DNA of 64,000 bases from Staphylococcus phage Fi4S2, in sequence record PV037056.1. One strand, given 5' to 3'. The notes beneath the pieces are model-generated. The model did no database searches. It was not told where the DNA came from and saw nothing but the letters and a program-made list of their open reading frames with translations. Position numbers and translations under genes: made by a program. Below are positions 17,129-27,228 of this stretch, piece after piece; the first letter of the stretch is position 1; every line of letters begins with the position of its first letter.

Positions 17129-17907
17129 TATACATCCCCTCCGATAATTAAAGGATAGCCATCTTGTCTAGTCAATTGCTTTTTATAGTTCTCTATTGTA
17201 TCATCTAAGTGCATAATAACTACTTCTGTATTGAATTTTTTTAAGTCTTCATCTAATCTGTCACATGTCCCCATAATGTTTTTATAATAATTAGCATGTA
17301 CTGGACTTTCATTTAAAGAGGCATCTAAATATAAGCCTGTTAATCTCAACTCAGGGAATCTGTCCATAAACCAAGTGTAGTGATAAAATAAACTATCATT
17401 ACCACCTTGAAATTTTTCTGTAGTATCTCCTGAGTAAATAATCATGTCGGTATTATCTCTTATTAGAGTAATACTATACGTTTTAATTTGAGGAACATGC
17501 TTCACTTCTTCAAAGATGACTTCTACATTACCTTTATCAATATATTGTTTACCATAAGGTACTACTTCTAAATTGAACATTGATTCTTCAATACCTGAGA
17601 TTAGTAGATAATCCAATAAATCTCTTCTCAAGGTATTATAAATCAGTATATTAACCTTAACATCTTTTGCATAATACATCCACTCAATTAACGTTCCTAA
17701 GCTTCCTACATGGTCTGTGTGCATGTGTGTGATAATAATATTAACTTCTTTATACTTATCTAAACCTTTTTCTCTAAACGTGTTGAAGACTGTTGAACCA
17801 CAATCAATCATGAACACTTTATCATCCTCTATAAAGTACCAACTATTGTTTCCGTACTCCTGTGAATTAAATGCTGACCCAAAACCTAATGATTTTAATT
17901 TAAACAT
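17128..17907 (-). CDS. metallo-beta-lactamase-fold hydrolase (259 aa)
   Basis: HxHxDH motif ITHMHTDHVGSLG plus downstream His/Asp ligands, typical of the MBL / RNase Z-like superfamily. Confidence 0.65.
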   Translation of the reverse strand: MFKLKSLGFGSAFNSQEYGNNSWYFIEDDKVFMIDCGSTVFNTFREKGLDKYKEVNIIITHMHTDHVGSLGTLIEWMYYAKDVKVNILIYNTLRRDLLDYLLISGIEESMFNLEVVPYGKQYIDKGNVEVIFEEVKHVPQIKTYSITLIRDNTDMIIYSGDTTEKFQGGNDSLFYHYTWFMDRFPELRLTGLYLDASLNESPVHANYYKNIMGTCDRLDEDLKKFNTEVVIMHLDDTIENYKKQLTRQDGYPLIIGGDV

Positions 17908-17943
17908 GTTTCCTACACCCTTTTCTTTTTTATCAATAGCTTA

Positions 17944-18321
17944 TTATTCTCCACTTAATCCTTCACTTAATGCTTCTTCTAGCGCATCCATCTCTATGTC
18001 CTCATTAGCATAACCTCTACCACCATAAAACAAGTAGTTTTCATAAGCATCTCTAAAATCATAGAACTTAGATTTAGAGCTTATATTAGGATTAGCTAAA
18101 ATGTCTTCACTCTTCTCTAACCAATATTCCCTCAACTCATATATAGAAGGTTGTTCTACTTTGTCACTTCTTTTTACTATGTCTTTCTCTACCTTTAAGT
18201 CCTCTTTACTATAGTTACGTTCTTGTATCATAAACTCAGCCCACTTTTTAACATCTTCTATATCTTCATATATTTTGTCAACGTGGGATTTAACTGAACA
18301 TAGGTATACTTCATAATGCAT
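17944..18321 (-). CDS. hypothetical protein (125 aa)
   Basis: ORF in the array. Confidence 0.4.
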   Translation of the reverse strand: MHYEVYLCSVKSHVDKIYEDIEDVKKWAEFMIQERNYSKEDLKVEKDIVKRSDKVEQPSIYELREYWLEKSEDILANPNISSKSKFYDFRDAYENYLFYGGRGYANEDIEMDALEEALSEGLSGE

Positions 18322-18637
18322 CTTGATTCTCCCCCTCTTTCCATCCTATAGTAATGTAACCAATATAAGTTTCTTGGTCGTTACTGTAACTACTTACAGT
18401 ATAACCTTTATCTAATAACTTGTCAATTATCCATTCTTTTGTAGCTTCATTTATGCTGTAGTTAAAGAAGTCTGCTTTAGTACTAAAAAACCCTTTATGC
18501 GTTGCTACATGAATTTTATAGTTAACTTCACACCACATCACGTAGTATCCTCCTAGTTTGCTTACCTTCTCTCTATCCTTTCTAAAACGCTTCTTTTGTT
18601 TCTCTGATTTTCTTCTAGCTTTGTTACTATCCATCAC
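18311..18637 (-). CDS. hypothetical basic protein (108 aa)
   Basis: ORF in the array. Confidence 0.4.
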   Translation of the reverse strand: MMDSNKARRKSEKQKKRFRKDREKVSKLGGYYVMWCEVNYKIHVATHKGFFSTKADFFNYSINEATKEWIIDKLLDKGYTVSSYSNDQETYIGYITIGWKEGENQDAL

Positions 18638-18727
18638 TACTCCTCCTTGGTTAACCCTTCCTATTTAATGTACCTTTATTGTATAATAAAAAAGAACCTA
18701 AGTCAATAGGTTCTTTAATAATAAATG

Positions 18728-19240
18728 TTAACTTTTATAGAATACTTCGATAGAAACAATTTGATTACCATTTACCACTATTTGATGATTGTTTCTTTCT
18801 ACTACTAGACACTTATGCTCCCCACTTATACACTTCATAGCATTCTGTGCTAACTCTTCTAAGCTAACGTGTGGAGCAAGGTCTTCTTTATCAAAGTGCT
18901 CTCTAAACCCTTCAGTCTTGAAAATTACAATACCACTAATTTCTTTTTCAGGTTCCTCTTTACCCTCTGCAATCCTTCCCGCTAAGTCAATTTGATTGTT
19001 AAAGAACTCCAGGTCATCAACATCTGTACCTTTTAGTTTGACTCCATTAGTTCCTGGTAGTTCTTTACCAACAATAAACCGATTAAGAAAAGAAGTATAG
19101 TGTAATAACTTAAGAATTTTATCATCCTTTAGGTTTTCAACCTTACTCAATCTAGCTCTAAGTTCTTTTTGTATTTTAGCATCCACTATAACTATTACAG
19201 TTAAACCAATAACTAAAAGACATAATACTGCGTATACCAT
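18728..19240 (-). CDS. membrane-anchored protein (170 aa, N-terminal TM)
   Basis: Hydrophobic N-terminus MVYAVLCLLVIGLTVIVIV. Confidence 0.45.
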   Translation of the reverse strand: MVYAVLCLLVIGLTVIVIVDAKIQKELRARLSKVENLKDDKILKLLHYTSFLNRFIVGKELPGTNGVKLKGTDVDDLEFFNNQIDLAGRIAEGKEEPEKEISGIVIFKTEGFREHFDKEDLAPHVSLEELAQNAMKCISGEHKCLVVERNNHQIVVNGNQIVSIEVFYKS

Positions 19241-19439
19241 CTCTAATTCCTCCTTTTAATTTATAATTCATTCATATGTTCAATCATATTATCATAGATA
19301 GCAAAAAGTATGCTACCTGCAATTGGTAGGAAAAAGTCTATAGGCTCGTCATACCAAATATTTGTACCTAACCAACCAAACAAAAAGTTAAAAAATAGTA
19401 TACCACTAAAATAACCTATAAACTTCTCTAGAATATTCA

Positions 19440-19823
19440 TTACTCACCACCTCTAATAGTTGATATTAATCTTTGAATAGCTGAATACTCAGGAGCTACT
19501 ACTCCGTTAAGGTGAGCAAGTATTGTTATGAAGCCTCCTATAATAAAAATAATTATTAATGCACCTAAGATAAATGTTTTAATACCTGATTCATTATCCT
19601 CAGCACAACCTAACACACGTAAATGAGCATTATTTTCTTCTATTTCTAATTTCCTAACTTTTTTAAATAGTGGTATAGTTGCTATACCTACTAGGAACAA
19701 CACAGCACCTACGATAATCCACATAATACTCGTAGCCCAAACACCTTGAACATAATATTCAAATCCCTTACCACTTACATCTTTTAGATAATTTCCTGCT
19801 TCACTTACCAATTCCTTATCCAT
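19440..19823 (-). CDS. integral membrane protein (127 aa, at least 2 TM)
   Basis: Hydrophobic segments. Confidence 0.45.
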   Translation of the reverse strand: MDKELVSEAGNYLKDVSGKGFEYYVQGVWATSIMWIIVGAVLFLVGIATIPLFKKVRKLEIEENNAHLRVLGCAEDNESGIKTFILGALIIIFIIGGFITILAHLNGVVAPEYSAIQRLISTIRGGE

Positions 19824-20352
19824 TATCCTTTTCCTCCTTATTTACCCAAGTAGCACATAGTACCCCATCTCTATCTCTATAAATAAGAGGTTCTACATTG
19901 TTAATGTCATACTGTCTTTGGTACTTAGAGTTTGTTCTTCTTTTTTCCATTTCATTAAACTCTAGTATGTGACCTTTTAAAATAGTAAGTAATCTTTTAT
20001 TTAGTTTATCATTATCTTCTAACCTTAGTTTATTTCTAGGAACCCAACAGTAACCAGCAGAACCGACAAGAAGTGTAACTTTCTCATTAGATACATAACC
20101 TTTCATGTCTAGTGATAGTACTAAATGAGTAAAGCTAGGTCTAAACTCTCTATCTGAATCTAAAAACATTCTATGCAACTTGTTTTCCATAGTATCTAAT
20201 TTCTCTTTACGTTCATTTTTTCCTAGCATCATGTATCTGTCTGTGTATGGGCTATCTGTTAGTAGCTCCCTTTTATAGACTTTTAGTTCACTAAAATCAA
20301 TCATTAGTAGACTCCTCCTCATCCTTATCAAGAGCGCCACCCTCGTATTCAA
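19816..20352 (-). CDS. hypothetical protein (178 aa)
   Basis: ORF overlapping its neighbour by 8 nt. Confidence 0.4.
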   Translation of the reverse strand: MNTRVALLIRMRRSLLMIDFSELKVYKRELLTDSPYTDRYMMLGKNERKEKLDTMENKLHRMFLDSDREFRPSFTHLVLSLDMKGYVSNEKVTLLVGSAGYCWVPRNKLRLEDNDKLNKRLLTILKGHILEFNEMEKRRTNSKYQRQYDINNVEPLIYRDRDGVLCATWVNKEEKDNG

Positions 20353-20469
20353 ATCTCTCCAACTGTTCTCTTAGTTCTTTGTTTTCTCTTCTAAGTTCCT
20401 CATTTTCCTTTATTAAAGCTTCTTGGTAATCGTAGTCATATTTATTCATATAAATAACCTCCTAGAATT

Positions 20470-20805
20470 TTAATCCCAATTTATTCCTAAATCTAAAACC
20501 TCAGATGTCAAGTCTTCCTCATACTTCATCATAGACTCAATTAAACCTCCTAGATTTTTATGGCTTCTGTAGGTATGAGAATCCTTTAGAATGAATTCCC
20601 CACAAGGATTCTCTTCCATACTTACTACCTCTCTATCAACATATGTTCTTGTTACAAATAATTTAATAGCAATGTCCTTTTTTGTGAAGAATAAAAAGAA
20701 AGAAGTACTCCCTAAATGAACATCGTCTAATTCATACCCTTTAATAGATTTTCCTTTATTAAGTAAAAAGTAGTTATAAACTTTAATAATATTATCCTTT
20801 TTCAT
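20470..20805 (-). CDS. hypothetical protein (111 aa)
   Basis: ORF with GGAGGAT SD. Confidence 0.4.
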   Translation of the reverse strand: MKKDNIIKVYNYFLLNKGKSIKGYELDDVHLGSTSFFLFFTKKDIAIKLFVTRTYVDREVVSMEENPCGEFILKDSHTYRSHKNLGGLIESMMKYEEDLTSEVLDLGINWD

Positions 20806-20816
20806 TATTTATCCTC

Positions 20817-21386
20817 CTATTCAAATGACTCTAGATAATCATCTAGCTCTCTTTGTTTAGCTTCCATCTCACTTTGTAGTCCTGCATTGTCAATCTCACT
20901 TTGTAACTTATCTACAACTTTTGAATCAGGGTAAAGCTCTCCTTGACTGTTATCCCCTTCTATACCTTCATTGCTTAGCTCAAAGTCTATGCCATCAATC
21001 TCCCCTTTATAGTTTAAGCTAGCAATATACTCTTCACCTTTAGGATTCACATAACTAACAGCTTTCCCAGGGTTCATTGTCCATGTATTACCTTCTTGGT
21101 CAACGATTCCATTAACATCTTTACCTTCATCAATCATGTTCAATACATCTACCATTTCAGGTGTTGTGTTTTCCTCTGTAGTATTGCTTTGCTCAGAGCT
21201 TTGATTGTTATCATCACCTTTTGATGTTGGTTGCTCTGTTGAGCTTTCTCCTTTCTTGTTTTGATGTGTTACTTTGTTACTGCTTAATTCCTTAACATTG
21301 TCTCTAGTGTCAAAGTAGGCAAATATTCCAAAACCTAATGCTCCTATAAGTGCTACTGCTATAATTGTTAATAATACATTTTTCAT
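20817..21386 (-). CDS. membrane-anchored/secreted protein (189 aa): N-terminal TM, polar S/T/N/E-rich linker, C-terminal domain
   Basis: MKNVLLTIIAVALIGALGFGIFAYF followed by a low-complexity linker. Confidence 0.45.
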   Translation of the reverse strand: MKNVLLTIIAVALIGALGFGIFAYFDTRDNVKELSSNKVTHQNKKGESSTEQPTSKGDDNNQSSEQSNTTEENTTPEMVDVLNMIDEGKDVNGIVDQEGNTWTMNPGKAVSYVNPKGEEYIASLNYKGEIDGIDFELSNEGIEGDNSQGELYPDSKVVDKLQSEIDNAGLQSEMEAKQRELDDYLESFE

Positions 21387-21397
21387 AATTTTACCTC

Positions 21398-21685
21398 CTA
21401 TTTAAGCAATTTCTGCATAATTGCTTTTACATTTTTATTATCACTTGTTGCTACGTAAGGCATGTCATTAATTCTCATGCCAACACGGTCATGGTATTTA
21501 AAGTACTCTTTAAACAATACGTTTAAACTATAACTTAGTCGATAAATGTCAGTATCCTCATAAGATACTTTTAATGACATCCAATCTTTATGTGTCACTG
21601 TCGATACTTCTACACCTACAAATACGTCCGTAATATTTTCATCTACTAATTCTTTTTTTAATTTAATAATGACTTCCATTTTCAA
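21398..21685 (-). CDS. hypothetical protein (95 aa)
   Basis: ORF with GGAGGAAT SD. Confidence 0.4.
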   Translation of the reverse strand: MKMEVIIKLKKELVDENITDVFVGVEVSTVTHKDWMSLKVSYEDTDIYRLSYSLNVLFKEYFKYHDRVGMRINDMPYVATSDNKNVKAIMQKLLK

Positions 21686-21747
21686 TTCCTCCTTGTTTTG
21701 TATAATACTACTATAGCATGTTACTTTTTCTATGTCAACAACTTTCT

Positions 21748-22047
21748 TTAAATTCTGTTATACATTTCTTTACATAGGTGTCTGATGAAGAGTGCCATTG
21801 CATAGTTCATATTAACATCTTCATTTTTAAGGTAAAACTCATATATGAAATCCCATGAGATAAAAGATATATAAGAGTCTGCTACTGCACTACCTTTTCT
21901 AGCTTCAAAACTTAGAACTCCATCTTTATAACTGTTAACTTTAAATTCTGAATCAGCATTTAGCTTCTTAGGGAAGTGTAACCATCCTTTTTCATAAAGG
22001 TATTCTATCGAGTTATCAAATGCTCTTTTTGCTATATCTTGTTTCAT
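21748..22047 (-). CDS. hypothetical protein (99 aa; start refined to M14 behind AAGGAGG)
   Basis: The ORF-track start has no SD. The internal ATG at 22047 has AAGGAGG + 7 nt. Confidence 0.4.
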   Translation of the reverse strand: MKQDIAKRAFDNSIEYLYEKGWLHFPKKLNADSEFKVNSYKDGVLSFEARKGSAVADSYISFISWDFIYEFYLKNEDVNMNYAMALFIRHLCKEMYNRI

Positions 22048-22115
22048 AAATAAAACCTCCTTAATGTTTATACTATAAGTATACACTAAGGAGATTAGTA
22101 AGTCAACTATTTTAT

Positions 22116-22883
22116 TTAATTTGTAACACCATATTGTTTATTGTATTCTGTGATAGTACCTCTGTTCTCTAATTCCTCAAAACGTTCATCCATTTCATGA
22201 TTACGTAGAATACTCTCTACTACTTCTACCACAGGATGTCTTTGAACTTCCGTTAAGTTAAGGTGGTCAAAGAACTTCTTGTCTTTATCCTTTTTATATA
22301 GACCATCTAGTAATTGATACAAACCATTGCTCTCAGGTTTTCTTAGTGTCTTGTCATCACACTGAGCAAAGTTACCTAAGAAAATAAATTTACTGTTATT
22401 ACCAGCTCTAGTAGCAATTGCACTGATTGTGTTTATGTCTAAGTTTTGAGCCTCATCAATAATGAAGTATACATCATTTAGTGAACGACCACGTATAGAC
22501 TGAATAGAGTCGAAGAACACTTTCTTACGTGATTCATCTTGACCTTCCATTAATATATAGTCTTTAATATTACTCTTCTTATCCATGACTTCTAGGTTAT
22601 CCATAAAAGGAGCTACGAACGGGAAAATCTTGTCTTGAGAGTCACCTGGTAAGAACCCTTGAGCCATTCCTATCTCTACTTGTAGTCTAGTGTAAATAAG
22701 CTTACGGTAATCTCTCTGCTCAATGACTTGCTCTAATCCTACTGCTTGAGAGATTAATGATTTACCACAACCACTTTGTCCTGAAATAAAAGTAAAAGGT
22801 TTGTTGTTTGTTAAATATTGAAAAGCTAGCTTTTGCTCCTCATTTTGAGCACTAATTCCAAAATATGACATATAATGTACCAT
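22116..22883 (-). CDS. phoH: PhoH-like ATPase (255 aa)
   Basis: Walker A GQSGCGKS and the PhoH-family GFLPGD motif. Confidence 0.75.
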   Translation of the reverse strand: MVHYMSYFGISAQNEEQKLAFQYLTNNKPFTFISGQSGCGKSLISQAVGLEQVIEQRDYRKLIYTRLQVEIGMAQGFLPGDSQDKIFPFVAPFMDNLEVMDKKSNIKDYILMEGQDESRKKVFFDSIQSIRGRSLNDVYFIIDEAQNLDINTISAIATRAGNNSKFIFLGNFAQCDDKTLRKPESNGLYQLLDGLYKKDKDKKFFDHLNLTEVQRHPVVEVVESILRNHEMDERFEELENRGTITEYNKQYGVTN

Positions 22884-22914
22884 CCTCTTTTAATTTATTT
22901 AACTTCAGTTCTTC

Positions 22915-23094
22915 CTATAATATAATACTTATGATAAATGCTGAGGTGTATAGAGTTACTACCACACCAGCTAGTATAGCATCAATCTTATCATTCTTCT
23001 TTATACTATGAACAATAATGAAAATATTAGCACCTATAAAGGCAACCATTATTAATGACATGAATACTATAGCCATAATCATTCCTACACTCAT
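22915..23094 (-). CDS. possible small membrane protein (59 aa, 2 TM)
   Basis: Read from the sequence: MSVGMIMAIVFMSLIMVAFIGANIFIIVHSIKKNDKIDAILAGVVVTLYTSAFIISIIL. Just under the 60-aa track cutoff. Confidence 0.3.
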   Translation of the reverse strand: MSVGMIMAIVFMSLIMVAFIGANIFIIVHSIKKNDKIDAILAGVVVTLYTSAFIISIIL

Positions 23095-23103
23095 CTACTC
23101 ACC

Positions 23104-23502
23104 TCAAATCCATAAGTAACCAAAAATCATTTTAAGGTCATCAAAGATAAGTTTTTTATAGTACTCATCTTGTTCATCGTTGTCTGTATCTAGCCACTTT
23201 TTAATGTTTTCTCTAATAAATTTAATTACGTTCTCTTCAGTTCTGTTGTTGCCATCACTGCAATTGAATATTCTATAGTCCAAGTCTACCCTAACTCCAG
23301 CTTCCTGTAAGAATAATCCTAATTGTGCATATAACTGAACCATAAAGTATCTATCAAAGTTTACCATTGCATTACTTGTAAAACCATAGTGAGCAAACTG
23401 TGCTTCCTCTTCAGGTGTTTTAGGTGCAGGGCTAATATTGTGTAGTTCTTTGTCCGTGTCCGATAAGTTCAATCCTTCATACAAAGTTCCTTTAAAGTTC
23501 AT
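23104..23502 (-). CDS. hypothetical protein (132 aa)
   Basis: ORF with AGGAGGAAT SD. Confidence 0.4.
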   Translation of the reverse strand: MNFKGTLYEGLNLSDTDKELHNISPAPKTPEEEAQFAHYGFTSNAMVNFDRYFMVQLYAQLGLFLQEAGVRVDLDYRIFNCSDGNNRTEENVIKFIRENIKKWLDTDNDEQDEYYKKLIFDDLKMIFGYLWI

Positions 23503-23577
23503 ATAATTCCTCCTATTTAGCTTTTTTAGCTTGAATTTTTCTTTGGTACTCTTTTAAGGCTTGTCTTTGACTAGGTG

Positions 23578-23976
23578 TTAACATTCAAGTTCCTCCTTTA
23601 CCTCATCGACTGTATCTCCAAACTCATTTACAATGTCTAAAGCTAAGTCATTCAACTGAATATTAGGGTTGTCTCTGATGATAGCTATACCTATGATAAA
23701 GGCATATATAGATGTAGAATCCATATAATTACCATTACCTAACTTCAGAGACTCTTTAACCTTTAAGAACAGCTTAGCTTGACTTTCTGAATCAAACTTA
23801 GTATTGTAAGCAATCCACTTGCCTTTAATAACTTCAATCTTTAATTCAGCGGGTTCATACCCTTCTGAATCTGCATAGTCTAAAGCTTCTTCATTAGAGT
23901 CAAAGTCTTTAAACCAACCATTACCTGTTCTGAGTGTTAATCTATAGATGTCTTTTTCTTTTTTGATACTATCCAT
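23578..23976 (-). CDS. hypothetical protein (132 aa)
   Basis: ORF with GGAGGT SD. Confidence 0.4.
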   Translation of the reverse strand: MDSIKKEKDIYRLTLRTGNGWFKDFDSNEEALDYADSEGYEPAELKIEVIKGKWIAYNTKFDSESQAKLFLKVKESLKLGNGNYMDSTSIYAFIIGIAIIRDNPNIQLNDLALDIVNEFGDTVDEVKEELEC

Positions 23977-23991
23977 AACAATAACCTCCTA

Positions 23992-24468
23992 TTAATTTAG
24001 CTCACTAAATGCTCCATGTCTCTCAAATCCTGTAACTAAACTCTTATACTCCCTTTTAAATACCTTATAGTTGTTTGTCATAATTGTAAAGTTTTCAAAC
24101 TCCTCTTGCTTAGATAACTTATTAACCCCAAAGTATTCTTCAATATAAGTAATATGAGGTAAGTCAAGTACATTCTCTGTAGAGCCATCATCTAGTTCAT
24201 GATACATGAGCACGCCTACTAGTGAATCTGCTGTGGATGACAAAGGTCTCTCTTTGTCAGACTTATACACGTAATCATAACTACTTGTTAAGTTATCTGT
24301 CTTATATACTATTAAAACATCACTACTAGTTAGGAACTCTCCAAATTTATCCTCTGTTTCTTTGTATAAACACTTACTACCCTCTTTATACTCAAACCAT
24401 AATACATCTTCTAAAGGTATAAAGAAGCTTTCTAAATTCTCTAACTGTAACTCTAAATAAGTTTTCAT
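23992..24468 (-). CDS. hypothetical protein (158 aa)
   Basis: ORF 2 nt from its neighbour. Confidence 0.4.
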   Translation of the reverse strand: MKTYLELQLENLESFFIPLEDVLWFEYKEGSKCLYKETEDKFGEFLTSSDVLIVYKTDNLTSSYDYVYKSDKERPLSSTADSLVGVLMYHELDDGSTENVLDLPHITYIEEYFGVNKLSKQEEFENFTIMTNNYKVFKREYKSLVTGFERHGAFSELN

Positions 24469-24469
24469 A

Positions 24470-24775
24470 TTATCTCTCCTTAGGTACTATTTTGTTGTTT
24501 TCTATGTCGATTCCACCTTTAATACTTAAATAATCAGCTACACCTCTGCATGATTTATTAGGTGTGCAGTGACAAAACCAACTACTAGCGCAATCTACTT
24601 GCAATTCAGTTTCTTGCTCTGATAATCCTTTTGTAATTTCATAATACATGTCAGTAGAAGGGCAGTCACTACATCTCTTTTCTCTTAGTGGTAAATGTTC
24701 CCCACCTGCTTTGTGTTTCTCAAAGAAATCTTTTTGGTCAAATGGTTCATGTTTAATGCTTACTAGTTTACTCAT
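24470..24775 (-). CDS. Cys-rich small protein (101 aa), possible Zn-binding
   Basis: CSDCPS ... CASSWFCHCTPNKSC cysteine cluster. Confidence 0.4.
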   Translation of the reverse strand: MSKLVSIKHEPFDQKDFFEKHKAGGEHLPLREKRCSDCPSTDMYYEITKGLSEQETELQVDCASSWFCHCTPNKSCRGVADYLSIKGGIDIENNKIVPKER

Positions 24776-25192
24776 CTACTCCACCAACCCTTTCTCCCGT
24801 GTCCAAATGAGTGTAAGTGTGAGGTCATCATTTAAGATATAAAAAGCTCGTGTTGGACACTCATCCACATCTTTAGCTCTTCTTATACTTGTATTTTTGC
24901 ACATCAACACCTTATTACTTCCTTCACTACTGCTTAAGGTATCTTCATACAATTCTACTAATTCAGGTAGCACTGTATCTTCCGTTAATTCTTCATTGAT
25001 TTCTATAGTGAAAGTATCACTTTTATCTACTGTGTTTGAAAATTGAGGCAACCCTGAGTCATTAAAAAACACTTCTGAAATATACTCTGTATCATCAACA
25101 GCTCTATACCATTTATTTGTTACATCGTTTTCAAATCCCCACGCAATCAACTGTGATAAATTCATAGTTTTCTTAGTTTTAATTTTAACCAT
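24776..25192 (-). CDS. hypothetical protein (138 aa)
   Basis: ORF abutting its neighbours. Confidence 0.4.
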   Translation of the reverse strand: MVKIKTKKTMNLSQLIAWGFENDVTNKWYRAVDDTEYISEVFFNDSGLPQFSNTVDKSDTFTIEINEELTEDTVLPELVELYEDTLSSSEGSNKVLMCKNTSIRRAKDVDECPTRAFYILNDDLTLTLIWTREKGLVE

Positions 25193-25193
25193 A

Positions 25194-25598
25194 TTATTTT
25201 TCCTCCCTTATATGATACATACTTAGTATTTCTTCTTTAATGTCTTCATCAAAGTTTTTAAAGTATGAACTAGTTCTATTATACTTGCTAGGTTTAGCTC
25301 TGTCAATACATCCTATACTTAGTCTATTTTTAACATTGTTCAGTCTAGTACGACCCCCTAAACTCTCATACATAACCTCTAGTTCTTCTAAATGAGCTTT
25401 TTTAAGTCTACGCTCTTGTAGAAATCTCTGTGTGTGTAAGTACATTTGTGTACCTTCTGATGCGCTAAAGTTGGTATCTGCAATTTTATTAAATATGCGT
25501 ACCATATCCTCATCCAATTTCTTTATCTCCAGTTTATACATTTCTATTGATGACTCTAAATCAGCTAACTCTGCATAAATAATCTCAATTGAGTTCAT
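25194..25598 (-). CDS. hypothetical protein (134 aa)
   Basis: ORF in the array. Confidence 0.4.
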   Translation of the reverse strand: MNSIEIIYAELADLESSIEMYKLEIKKLDEDMVRIFNKIADTNFSASEGTQMYLHTQRFLQERRLKKAHLEELEVMYESLGGRTRLNNVKNRLSIGCIDRAKPSKYNRTSSYFKNFDEDIKEEILSMYHIREEK

Positions 25599-26265
25599 TA
25601 ACGTTTACCCCCTTATCAGTTAAGTAGTTCTTAATAGCAACATACTCTCTCATACCACCAAGACGTTCAAATTCCTTTTTCATAGAAGCTAATGATGTGC
25701 TCTTTTCTATTTCTCTAGACTTTCTTACTTGATACTGTAAAGCTTTCATAACATTGTACATGTCCGAAGCCCCCATCACTTCTGACTCTATTGTATGATA
25801 GATGTCTTGTATCTCTTTGTTGTAAGAGTTAAAATCTTTATCCTGTGAGTTCTCTTTCTCTAATATGGAATTTTTAAGCTCTTTCATATGTCTAAACTTA
25901 TTCACATGTTTATCTTCAGGATTTGGTTTCTTCAAAAGCTTTTGGTATTTCTTTGGTATCTTACCCATCTCATTTTCCTCCTTCTTTAATAACCGTTTTA
26001 CGTAATCAGAGCCAAAGTTCTTACTTGCATACATAGAAGTCAGTTGCTTAGCTGTATAATTTACGTAGCTGTGTTCGTGGAAATAACTTTGTAATTTTCC
26101 TATAATCTCATTACTTTGCTTTTTTAGCTTATCACGTTCTGCTACTATCTTACGAGGTATTGTGTTGCCCTCAACTAACGTATTAGGGTTAACTAATAGT
26201 TGCTCCTTCATAGGCTTTACTTCCTCTAGTATAGATATTACGTAGTCTGTATTAAAATCTTCCAT
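25585..26265 (-). CDS. hypothetical protein (226 aa)
   Basis: ORF in the array. Confidence 0.4.
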   Translation of the reverse strand: MEDFNTDYVISILEEVKPMKEQLLVNPNTLVEGNTIPRKIVAERDKLKKQSNEIIGKLQSYFHEHSYVNYTAKQLTSMYASKNFGSDYVKRLLKKEENEMGKIPKKYQKLLKKPNPEDKHVNKFRHMKELKNSILEKENSQDKDFNSYNKEIQDIYHTIESEVMGASDMYNVMKALQYQVRKSREIEKSTSLASMKKEFERLGGMREYVAIKNYLTDKGVNVNELN

Positions 26266-26322
26266 TATAATGCCCTCTTCCTTTTATATCTCTGCCACCT
26301 TTTTAGGTAGCAGGTAAGATGA

Positions 26323-26745
26323 TTATAACAACTCTGTCATAACTTTGTCAAGTTCTTCTACTTCATCTCTTGTAACTTGAATAAAGTTATTATTAATTTC
26401 AAAGTTAATAATGTCTGCTCCTTGAACATAAAACAAGTTCTTGATAAAGTCTCCAACAACTGATACGATTTCTTCCTTAGTTACAAACTCTAAGTCATAA
26501 AACCAAGTTACTTTACGTCCTAATCTTGCAAAGTATCTATCGTTCATTGTTCTAGTCTTACGGACTAATAATCCTGTAGCTTCTTCTGATGAGAAGTCCA
26601 CATCTGCAAACTCTGATTCAATTGCGTTCCCTAATACTTCATTAACATCGTAGTAGTCATCCATAAACCTTGCATCTACATAGTTATTACCTTCTGTATC
26701 TGATTCAGGTACTAATACTGAGATTCTATTTTTTAATACTAACAT
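26323..26745 (-). CDS. hypothetical acidic protein (140 aa)
   Basis: ORF in the array. Confidence 0.4.
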   Translation of the reverse strand: MLVLKNRISVLVPESDTEGNNYVDARFMDDYYDVNEVLGNAIESEFADVDFSSEEATGLLVRKTRTMNDRYFARLGRKVTWFYDLEFVTKEEIVSVVGDFIKNLFYVQGADIINFEINNNFIQVTRDEVEELDKVMTELL

Positions 26746-26893
26746 TAAAATTCCCCATTTCCTTTATGTTTTTGTTTTCTAGTATACTTGGTCTTGTCTT
26801 GCTTAATCTGAGTTTGAGGTTTTATCTCCCAAGTTGCTCTTGTCTGACTAAGCTTTCCTATAGTAGTTCTTTTTCTTTTCAATATAAACCCTC

Positions 26894-27076
26894 CTAGTAG
26901 TAAAAATACTGCATTGCTGACGCTCTACCCATCAAGTAGAACGTTAAAGCTGTCCATATCAATAATATACCACATATTACTAATGTTGGAATTGTGATTT
27001 CATAATCAGGTGTCAAACTTCTAAATAAGAAGATGACCATCGGAATTGCGAAAATGATAAAAATTAAAAGCATCAT
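26894..27076 (-). CDS. small membrane protein (60 aa, 2 TM)
   Basis: Entirely hydrophobic apart from a short loop. Confidence 0.4.
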   Translation of the reverse strand: MMLLIFIIFAIPMVIFLFRSLTPDYEITIPTLVICGILLIWTALTFYLMGRASAMQYFYY

Positions 27077-27228
27077 CTTAAAAACCTCTTTTCTTTTTTT
27101 TTGTTAAATAAAGTATAACATATAAGTTTTTGTAAGTCAATAACTTTCTAAACTTTTTTTTTGTTATCTTTACTACATCTATAATGGTACAGCATATAAC
27201 ACTAAAAGTCAATAAAAAAAGAAGCTAG